Positions 37,596-47,794 of a stretch of 64,000 nucleotides of DNA are shown here, in pieces (the first letter of the stretch is position 1; the number at the start of each line of letters is the position of its first letter). The notes beneath the pieces are model-generated. The model searched no databases. It saw nothing but the letters and a program-made list of their open reading frames with translations, and was not told where the DNA came from. Location: the NCBI GenBank assembly GCA_012295275.1, contig CM022665.1:8246001-8310000 (forward strand), written 5' to 3'. This DNA is from Chrysomallon squamiferum. Its lineage: Eukaryota > Animalia > Mollusca. The translations under genes were made by a program, and so were the position numbers.

Positions 37596-40500
37596 ATAAT
37601 AATTAAAAAAAAATTCAAATAAAAATAAGTAAATAAATAAATACTGTTTAAATTAAAGATTTTATATATTTTTAAATTTTTCTTTTGTATAATTTTGTGA
37701 TCTGATTTAGTTGAAATGCTTTCATAAGATTATACTACAAATAGTTAAATACTTGTGTTTAATTAGTAGCTTTTTGTTGTTGTTTAGTAACATGATGATG
37801 AAACTACTGGTATTTGGAAATACATACATGTAATTATTACAAACAAATCAGTTCTGTGTAATTCATTTTACTGAAATGAAAATAAAACTTAACTCCATTC
37901 GAATCTTTCATTTATCACTCGGACCTCAGTTTTATTAATAACAAAATGATCCAACCAAAAGCTGCCTGTTGGCCATTTTTATTTATATTTATTGCATCAA
38001 AAAACACAAAAAAAACCACGCAAAACAATAATATTAAAATTATATGCACAGTGAAATGACATCCTGCAATAAATGTCGTCGACTTATCGCTGGATATAAT
38101 ACAGATGTTTAAAAGGTAATAGAGTATTTGTTGATATCACCAGAAATATAGTTTAACAGACATTCAACTTTCTGTCTTTCAGCAAATTTTCAGATCAGTG
38201 ATACACTGGACAATGGAAGAGCACAGTATCTCATAGATGGTGATTTTTTTGTTAATTATCTGAATATCAGTTTTGACGTAATTAGATACTAATTAATTAA
38301 ATATGCATGTATATATAAATACACGGATCTAGATATATATACATTTATACATACATTCACATATAGATATGTATGTATATGTGTGTGTGTGTGTGTATGT
38401 ATTTTTGTATGTATGTATATATGTATAAATGTATGCATGTAAATACAAGCAAAAATATATTCATATATAACACACACATATATACGTATATATAAATACA
38501 AACACACGCACACAGACATAGATATATATATCTACTTTCACATACATGCATGTGTACATATAAAAAAAAAAAAAAAAACAGACATACATAGAATGAAGTA
38601 CAACTATCATAAAACACGTATCTTCATAAGAACACAATGGTAAAGGTAAGTATTTAATTTAGACTTTAATTTTGTTTTGTTTGTGAAATATACTTGTAAA
38701 TCCTGAATAATGAAAACCAGGTTGATTAGTGTTTCAGTACCATGGCATCAGAACAAGAGTTAAGATTCCTGTATTCTTATTCTTCGACATTTCTATCACT
38801 GACCGGGTTTACACAGTGATTAATTTAGAATTTTAATCAAGGATAGAAATATGATTAATGCAGAATGGGGGTTCAGTGAGTACAGGTTGCTGAGTCTCAT
38901 GCCCGGAGGAAAACGAAGGTTTAAACGATGCTTTCAAAATGATTATGACACTGTTCACAATTTCTTGACGATTGCCTTACGTTCATGCTCAAAGTTTCTC
39001 ATATAACTTTTATTTTCAGCCCATCGCTGAGTCATAGTGACATCATATGCATTTGACAATCGATAGATATTTAAATGATCTAATGTCTACCGCACTGAGA
39101 TAGTAGTCTATGTAAAACTCTGACCTCGCTATGATCTTTTCTCTAGACTCAAAATTTCTCACATAATTGGGGCTTCTAAGGTCTTTTGCGAACAAACGAA
39201 TTTTGGTGTAGAGCTTTTTATTGCGTCGTCTGACATTTCTCGATACTCAGAATCACCCGTTCTTGTAATTGGTGATCAGAATATTAAGAACCCATGGGAT
39301 AGGAAAGAAGAAGTGGGCGGTCAAATACAAGTCTGGACTAAATTAATTGCTGTGAAGTAGTAACTAATTGCACTGAACAAGTGAATATATATGTATGGAA
39401 GATGTGTCATGCTTTAATGACAATTAAATTACCGTTAATTTGTAGTTTCGCCAAAATAAACTGAATGAACTTTGTTGGTAATCATTAATGAATCACTGAT
39501 AGAATCAGTTAAATTTAAATCTGCTTTAGATATTATTAAAGCAAGTAAACAAATTCGTCAATCGTGAGGACCGGAAAACGTCGCTACATTGTTATACGAT
39601 GATAACTTTAAACGTTAGACTTCTGTACAGAAATATTTATGTTTAATGTAACACGATATTTATATAAAGTTTACAGTTAATTTCTGTGAAGTGTTATATT
39701 TGGAGAAAGGCACTCTGATGTATGTGTGTCATTTCTGTAAGCGACGAATAGTGTTCTAGTGGTCCTTACTGATCATTAACACATTAGTAGCTACACATGA
39801 GAGCAATGCAGAGTTAATACGTTTGATGTCACATACAATCATCCTTCAGTTGTCCTTGGCGGTGGTTCTATTTAAAATAAGAAGTACTTCGAACAAGCAT
39901 AATCTAAAGTATGTGTATTTGTGTGGATGTAATTATGTAGGTAGGTAGGTAGGTAGGTATTATTTATTTATTTATTTATGTAGTAATACCATAATAAAGA
40001 TTTAACGTTCTATTATGACCATTTATAAACATGTGCTTGCAGTGAAGTAAAATATTTGTACACGGGCCACATATATAATTATAGAGGTTTTAGGCAGAAA
40101 ATGTAATACATATTGCAACGCGATGAACAATAAACCTAGCGAAAAACGTTTTTAAAATGACAGCTTCATTTCGCCAAGCAACTCAGTATTGGTGCCAGTA
40201 AGTATGACTAGACAGAATGCTGCTTTTTGTTTTCTACTTATCTCAGTTAATACCCTGTCTCTAACCAGTCCTGAAAAGTGTTGTATATAAAAATGAAAGG
40301 CTGTTAAAAGTCAATGAGTTGATCAGTTAATGCTTTAGCTGATAATACACGACGTAGGGCAGTTTATTTTAAACATGTAGAAGCCCTATTGGTAAATGGC
40401 AGAAGTGTTTGAGAGAGTTACGTGGGCACTGCAGCTCCGAGTTCATTTACATATAGTGTGTAAGTTCAAAAAAAGAGATGTCTTGTTGGTTAGTGTGAAT

Positions 40501-41955
40501 GCCAGAAACAAAACACACACACACACGCACGCACGCACGCACACACACACACATATTACAATTTTTCGCCTTATATTGAATATTATGCATTATATGACTT
40601 TAGATATTAGTAAATGAAATTATTACTATATTAATGTTTCAGCTTACACGAACCGTCTCCTAGAGGGCATGTTCAGTAAACGATCAGATGATCGTCTGAC
40701 CGAAGAGCAAACGTGGATTCTTAAAACTCGTCTTAAAGGATTGTATGCTTATTTGAAAAATCATCCAGCATTAATGGACAGAAGATTTCAAGTTGGTTCC
40801 CGAAAACCAGAAATCCCAAAGAGAAGAGAGGTGTGAATTTGTATTACTTTTTCTGATATCTAATGGATGCATGTTTGTTTTGAAACAGTGTTATGGAATT
40901 ATTAATAAATTATTTTACTAAACATAAAATACTCTATCAAGCATTATCAAATGTCTTAACCGATTTAATCCCGACACCATGCCATTTTTAAAATAAAATA
41001 AAAATTATATTTATTTAAATCAATGGTGCCTCGTACTTCGAACGATCACAGTTCGAAATTTAAATTCGAGTACCAAATGATTCGGAATTCAAACGATGAA
41101 TTATATGTTGCAACTGCACGCGCAGTTAAAAAGTGCCATCTGGTGTGCACCCTGTTTTTCTTCCCTCGCTCTCGATGTGACCGTGTATTTTGCTTTCTCA
41201 GGTGTTTTCAGAGCTTTTTTGGCTTTATTTTTGATTTCATATATACTCCTATCTAGTAAGCGTAGCATCCAAGAAAAGTGTGGAAGCAAATGCAATTTTT
41301 TAAACTTAAACTATATTTACTTATTTTATTTATTGTTTTAATTTATTATTTCGAGGATTCAGTTGTGTTATTCATATCTCAAATTATGTATATTTGCTGT
41401 CATAAAAATAATTATTGTTTAGGGTCTGGGAACCGATCAATTCACTTTCCATTATTTTTAATCGGTAAAACTGATTCAAACTTCAAATAGTTGGGAGTTC
41501 GACAGCCACCTGAAACGGATTAAATTAGAAGTAGGCGGCAAGACTGTATTTATTTATTTATTAATATTATTATCAAACATAAGCAACTCCTCCATATAAC
41601 ATTGTTCAAGCATAGTGTTAAATCTTTCTTTTAAGACTGACAAGCCCTAACGCATTTTTACCCAGTTACCAATTAAACGTTAAATAAATTTTTATTTCAG
41701 AAACGTCTTTACGAGCATTCACTAGCTCAGCCAGTTTGTCCTTCAGTAACAGAATGGCGACAGCTACGATCTGCACTTGATATGAATGACACAGAAGTAG
41801 AAGTATTGCAGCCTCAAGGGCCTGCAGGCCAGCAGTGGTTTTATACAGTCCGATGCAACAATGAACACGAACAAATGCTAGATCCAGAATGTCCTTTCTG
41901 TTGTAGAGGAATCCGAAGGAGCAGGTAACAGTCAGCCCAGCATTTGTATACTTGT

Positions 41956-41993
<38 letters not shown>

Positions 41994-42477
41994 TTTGTTT
42001 ATTATCATTATTATTTTAAATTACAAAGTACTGATAGAAAGCTGAGACTGATGAGGAAATGCATTTACACAACTGGTGTTGTATCTTATATTTTCTTATT
42101 TTCAATGATAACGAAACAGCTAAGGCGTGATTTGTTCCACAACTAGCTATCAGTAAACCAACTGGGCTATTTTCAACCACAGGTAGTTTTTAATGATTGA
42201 TTTATCAAAGGCCCTTATATGAAATGTTTTAAACAAAACAAAACAAGTGATAGCTACTTTCATAATCTGTATAATTATGCCATTTAATTGTATATATCAT
42301 TAACTTAAAATAACATATTTCTTCTTTCTGTTCTTTAGATATTCATCTCGGTGTATAACAATGAAATCCTATGTTATGGCACTCATTAAAAGACCCGGGG
42401 ATACTGAATTTGACTGGAACTGGATTCAAGTGGATTCTAGCTGTAACTGTGCAATTTCAGATAATCTTCTTCGTTAA
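28564..42477 (+). CDS. Neurotrophin precursor (NGF/BDNF/NT-3 family cystine-knot growth factor), ~248 aa, 5-6 coding exons; absent from the ORF track
   Basis: Exons 28564-28639, 36679-36741, 38183-38239 (less certain), 40643-40830, 41701-41924 and 42339-42477, all GT-AG, phases 1/1/1/0/2, 747 nt in frame. Signal peptide, pro-region, RREKR site, then a 118-aa mature domain: LYEHSLAQPVCPSVTEWRQLRSALDMNDTEVEVLQPQGPAGQQWFYTVRCNNEHEQMLDPECPFCCRGIRRSRYSSRCITMKSYVMALIKRPGDTEFDWNWIQVDSSCNCAISDNLLR*. This matches the NGF motifs SVCDSVSVW / ATDIKGKEVMVL / QYFFETKC / GCRGID / WNSYC / FVKAL / WRFIRIDTACVC in order. AATAAA at 42504. Confidence 0.92.
28830..28882. repeat. (TA)n microsatellite
   Basis: Perfect run in neurotrophin intron 1. 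Confidence 0.95.
32479..32565. repeat. Compound (TC)n(TA)n microsatellite
   Basis: Directly visible. Confidence 0.95.
33518..33586. repeat. Poly-T tract
   Basis: About 70 nt of nearly pure T. Confidence 0.9.
35239..35702. repeat. Degenerate minisatellite, about 8 units of ~50-75 bp, in neurotrophin intron 1
   Basis: Core ctta(t/c)tagtaacaattcatgtcagtaga recurs near 35239, 35305, 35373, 35447, 35512, 35560, 35628 and 35677. Confidence 0.7.
36679..36741 (+). CDS. Neurotrophin exon 2 (pro-region, 63 nt)
   Basis: Strong polypyrimidine acceptor, ECHKINWGFVESSPEDEPMLF, donor GTAAGA, phase 1-1. Confidence 0.7.
38183..38239 (+). CDS. Neurotrophin candidate exon 3 (pro-region, 57 nt, skippable in frame)
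   Basis: Acceptor tttctgtctttcAG, open frame SNFQISDTLDNGRAQYLID, weak donor G|GTGATT, phase 1-1. Confidence 0.5.
40643..40830 (+). CDS. Neurotrophin exon 4 (pro-region)
   Basis: YTNRLLEGMFSKRSDDRLTEEQTWILKTRLKGLYAYLKNHPALMDRRFQVGSRKPEIPKRRE, acceptor tttcAG, donor GAG|GTGTGA. Confidence 0.85.
41022..41511. mobile_element. Possible MITE remnant in neurotrophin intron 4
   Basis: Imperfect inverted ends ggtgcctcgtactt / gagttcgacagccacc, with TTCGAA/TTCAAA-rich subterminal words at both ends and higher CpG than the flanks. Confidence 0.3.
41701..41924 (+). CDS. Neurotrophin exon 5 (KR of the furin site plus N-half of the mature domain)
   Basis: Acceptor ttttatttcAG, PVCPSVTEW...QQWFYTVRC...CCRGI, donor CAG|GTAACA. 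Confidence 0.93.
42339..42477 (+). CDS. Neurotrophin exon 6 (C-half of the mature domain)
   Basis: Acceptor ttctgttcttTAG, YSSRC..SYVMAL..WNWIQVDSSCNCAI, stop TAA at 42475-42477. Confidence 0.93.
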
Positions 42478-45400
42478 GTGATATAAAATGAATGTAAACA
42501 GCAAATAAACACAGTGCTGGTTTTATATATATTGTGTTTATGTATGTGTATCAGTTTTTGTTTTTCTTTGCACTGTTTATTACACAACTGTTTTTTCAGT
42601 AGAATTATATTTGTGCAGTTACACAAAATGTTGTGCTCTGAAAGTCAGTCCTAATATATTCATATTCTTTATAGTACTTAGAAAAATGGTTTAATTTTAA
42701 AAAGACTTTTAATTTCATAATTAGTTGTGAATTTATTGTAAATATCAAAATGAACTTACAAATTAAGATCATTTTAAAAATTAGTAAATCCACTGGATGG
42801 CACATAGAAGTAAATGCTATGTTTTAACAAGTTACTTTTGTTGTAACAGAGAGATTATGTTTTTGTTTTTAATTTTCTTTTTATACATTTTCATCTAACA
42901 TCACCCGTAAACAGATATATACAAGTTACAGTAGTTTTCACCTTGTAACGAGTGACCTGAAGTCAATACTCTGGAGTGCTCATCAATATTGAAACCAGTT
43001 TAAAATGAACAAAATATTTCTGTACAAGATAATTAAAGGAGCATGCCTTAAATACTCCTGTTTAAATGCAAATATATTTTATAGTTGTCTGTATAACCAT
43101 TTAGTTTTCTCAGTTCACCAAGTATATACGCATACAGTATCAAAACTGATATTTTAACCGCTGCGGTAGACAGAAACCAAATCAAATATTCATGTTCATG
43201 TCAACATCCACTGTTCTTCAAGACTGCACTGTGAATGTACTGTAAATTGTTTTATAGACAGATGAAGAAGAAGAAGAAAAAAATACAAATATATATTTTG
43301 GTGTCAAACACTGTACTGCAATATATTATTGTTACATGCTGTTTGAACACTACTTTTCCAAAATTTCAAAAAATCATATTTCAAGTTTACACAATAGTGA
43401 TAGCTTGTAATAATATCTGGCTGGTACATTGTACACAAACTTTATTTCAACTTTAAATTATTAAAAATATTATATTAAACTACATAAAGGCTATGAAATA
43501 TAAATATACTGCCTATCTTCTCATATTCCAAAATTTTAAAACTTCTGGAGTCTGAGCATATTCTGGTCCAAAGCATTTTGAATAGGGAAGCATTTTGAAA
43601 ATATTATATCCAAAATCTAGTCCTTAAATATATCAATTATAAAATCTTTTTCTGAATTTACAATGTTTCAACAAAATATGTTGGGGCAAAAGTACACTTA
43701 GTAATAATAATCATGAGGTACAATAAACTTGACAAGAAACACATGTCTATCTTAAAACAGATGACATAATTTTAACAGATTTTCTCTGAATTTTTTCTCA
43801 TCAAGTTAAAAATAAATAAAATAAAATAAAATAAAAATTTACATGAGAATGTCAAAAGCTGACAAGTAAAGATTAGTAATTCTGAATTTCAGATACAACT
43901 TCAGTAATCCATTTTTTAATTTTAATACCTATAATGTACAAAAAGAAACTGTGACACAAGCAGGCCCACTGCAAACATTCATGATTATGTGTGCTGTGGT
44001 GAAAGAAGAAATTTCTTCTTTTTTATTTTATATATACTGTTCATTTTTGTTGATGTCTGCTCACTTTATGGACTAAGAATTAAATTTATTCAAAAGCTTC
44101 TCTTTTTATGTATTCTTTAAGCTCTAATTTACATGTTTTAAAGTTAATTTAAAAAGTTGATAATCAGGCAGTTTTGTTCTATTATTGTTACTTTAAATTA
44201 ATATTTACAAAAATTTAAAATCATGAACATATTCAGAAGGACATGAAGAAGATAGAGATTATTTGAAATTCCTTTCATAATTTACAGTTCTGAATTAAAG
44301 TGAAACATAAAAACCTTGTGGAACAACTGTTTTTGTTTGTTTTGTTGTTGTTGTTTTTGTGTGTGGGTTTTTTTTTTTTTTTTTTAAAAGTACTAAAACA
44401 AAATAGTTCACAAAAGTTTGAGTTCTTTTATTTTTATTATTAAACTTTGTGAAGAATGACAGGCATCAATGACCCCAAAATGCAAAGAAAGTACTACAAA
44501 AAATTCCAATTCAATTTAGAAAATGTCCCCAGTTTCCACTGTTATTCATATTATACAGAAGTAATGAATTAACCAAGACTTAGTTTTGCATGGAAGAAAC
44601 AGAGCACAGAAACTTAGATTTATCATGTAAGTATCTAATAATGGGAAAAAGGGAAATTTTTTCTGATAAATAATATGACATGTGCATTTAAGAAAACTTT
44701 TCATTTTATATATATAGATATATATATATATAATATATATATAACAACATTTTATATATATCTCACAGTCAATGTCTATATAAACCTTATATCTCAACAT
44801 AAATTACAAATACTGGAAAAAAGAAATGAAATACAAACATGGAAGTAGCAAAATGTGAAAATGACAATGCAATTCAATCTGAAAAATGAAGCATGAAGCT
44901 TGTCAGTTGGGTACACAACAAGATTTGTTCATCAATTTCTACTACCATATATTCATTCAGGCACTGTCCTGAAAAAGGTAAGTAAATTATGCAAATATAT
45001 ATGGGTTTTATTAATGTCTGCCATAAAGTTAAACGTTTACTAAAACATATCAAGGCAGACACTCTTACAGCATTGTCTACAGTTACACTTCATTCTACTC
45101 AAAGATGATTAATAATCAACAACAATACAGTATCCCCAGAAATATAAAACAAGAAATATTTATAATAATAACAAAAAAAAATTAAAAAAAATTAGGAAGA
45201 TGAAAAATCAACCTATCTTTCAGCATCACTCAAGATTATCAAAATTAAGATCATAAAAATATGAATAAAACATAAAAAGAAAATGCAATTTGATTTGATA
45301 TTTTAACTGTACATGAAAAATAACATATTTATATAGTTTACCCGTAAAACTAATTTACTAATCTAGCAATCTAAGTGTTCTTTTGCCACAACCTGGCATA

Positions 45401-46336
45401 TTAACAACTGAAATCATAATGCAGTATGAATTCTCTACAAGGATATTTCATTTAACATTAACATCTTACTACAACCACATTACTGATAACTGATGCCTTA
45501 CATTTCAATAAACAATTCATAATTACATGGGACAAAAATGACTGAACATTTAACACTTGATAAAAAAAAAATGCATCTGAATTCATAAAGCAATATGTGG
45601 CATTTTTTATTTTATCTATGCTGAAAATATTATAAAATTAAAAAATCAATTGTTTTCAATATGAAAACTTTTTTCTTTTATTTGTTGTTGTTTTGAGTTA
45701 ACAATTACATGTGCAAACCTAAATATAACATTATATAGTTATAATATCTGCATAAAGTTGTTTTCAGTCCAATTTAGAGTTCTGGTATAAATGTCCAAGC
45801 TGGTAGATCAAACTACAACATTAATATTAATTTTTAACACTATTTGCTGAAATAAAATTTCCAGCATAACTGTCTAATTACAAGATACAGAATTTTGACA
45901 GTCCGAAACACTGAACAAAAATTTACATAGATCAACATTTACAATTTTTATGGAATCAAAGTCTTACTTTCAAAACATTTTTCTAATTGGAATGGTGCCA
46001 AGTAAAATAGATTTTACAGTAGCAACATTCCAAACCAAAACCCAACGCAACAAAAGCATATTGTAGTCATTAACTAGTGAAACAAATTACAATATTTGCA
46101 AAAGCCTAAATATACTACATACCTTAATAAACTGAAATCAAACTGAACTCAGTTGTTTTCTCCTCAACTTCATATATGATAACAGTTAATTTTTTTTTTT
46201 TTTTGTAATTTTTTTTTTAAATTAAAAGAAATATACCATTAATAAAGCATAAAAAATGAAAGTACATAGATACATGTACATATATATATATATATATATT
46301 ATATATAATATATATTTATGTGTGTGTGTGGTGTAC

Positions 46337-46380
<44 letters not shown>

Positions 46381-47794
46381 ACCCATACACACACACATAC
46401 ACAGTTTTCATCAGTGAAGTTGTTTAAGTAATTAAAAAGACAAGTACTTTGTGTCAAATAATTTGTTTCAGAAGTATTTGGTTAATCATATTAATACATT
46501 AATCCACAAACAAACTACTAATTAACAATACATTTATTCCTGTAACTTTCAGTTTTATTTTCACAGTTAACTGTATCATGTTAAAATAAACATTTAAATA
46601 TGACTTCCAGAACACTTTAAAATGAAGAAAGGTGACAGGTTGGTGTTCTATTTCCTTAAAGAAGTATACAGGTGGCAATATGTAAGACAAATAAAATAGT
46701 CTATTCACAGATCATAGTCACCAACATCTCTGCTTTCTAAATCTCTCAGTTATTTACTGTAACATTACAATGAAAAAGGTTTAAGGTTCAAGATAATTTT
46801 TTGCTTGTTTTTAATTTAATACTTTATAAAATTAGACAATGACTGATCATATGTGGATTAAATATTTTTGGCAGGTGAAATAAAATAAAAATTTAAAAAT
46901 CATTAAATAATTAACCCTTTGGCTAATAATGGTAAAAATGAAGCTAGCCTTGAAGGTTGGTGTAATTTTGGGAAATTTATCTTATTTAATTATATGGGCT
47001 GCCACAAACTGTTTGGTTGGTATGAATCAAAGAATATCAGCCCAAATGGTTAATACATATACATCAAAACAACCAAATCAGAACATGCAACAGTCAATGC
47101 TGCAATGCTGTAATTTTTATCAGGAAAATCAGTTTAAAATGTTCATGAGAATCAAATTCTGTTTATAATGCATCTGACCATTATGCAATTTTACGAATTA
47201 TGCTGTAATAAATCATTTTAAATTATATTTAGATATGTAATACAGCATTAAACTACTAGATACCAATTAAACTGAATGTGTTACCAGAAATGTAAAAAAT
47301 GAATTTCTAAAATCCATCTGGAAAAATGACTAAATTTCAATTTCATTTACAAGACATTTGGTAATCATTACGAATTAGGTAAATACTGGTTACATTAACC
47401 TACAAACTTTGCAGCACCAAATGCAATAACTTAATTTTACATGTAATGCATGATGGCAAGTGCTCAAAAAGAGCATATGCAAATAACAATGAAATGCTAA
47501 TACAAGAAAATAGGTATGGTAAAAATGAGAAAAATATCAAACATTTAAAAAAACACTGTCAGTATTTCAGTTCTGAATTTCCACATCAGTTCTGTTATGG
47601 AGGAGATGCAGCATCTAACAGCAAGGTAAAAAGCTGATGGCACATGTAAACAATGGTAGATTCAAACATTGACTGACCTAGAACCTTTTAGTGAATTTCT
47701 AAAAGGTAGAGTTTTTTTATGTTGATGATTTATAAATGATGTTGTATAGGCAGTACAGAGCCGATTCTCTTTCCTGTTAACCAAGTGATCCTGC

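Noticed and set aside
12963-38617. Many 60-120 aa ORFs with poly-L, poly-I, poly-T, poly-Y, RERE, HTHT or CVCV runs
   Set aside because: They are translations of (TAA)n, (TAC)n, (AG)n and (CA)n microsatellites, with no splice or domain support.
41890-42450. Spaetzle, PDGF or TGF-beta assignment for the cystine-knot protein
   Set aside because: Motif order and spacing (VCxSxxxW, AxD, QxFxxxxC, CRGI, SxC, VxAL, WxWIxVDxxCxC) fit the NGF family specifically.
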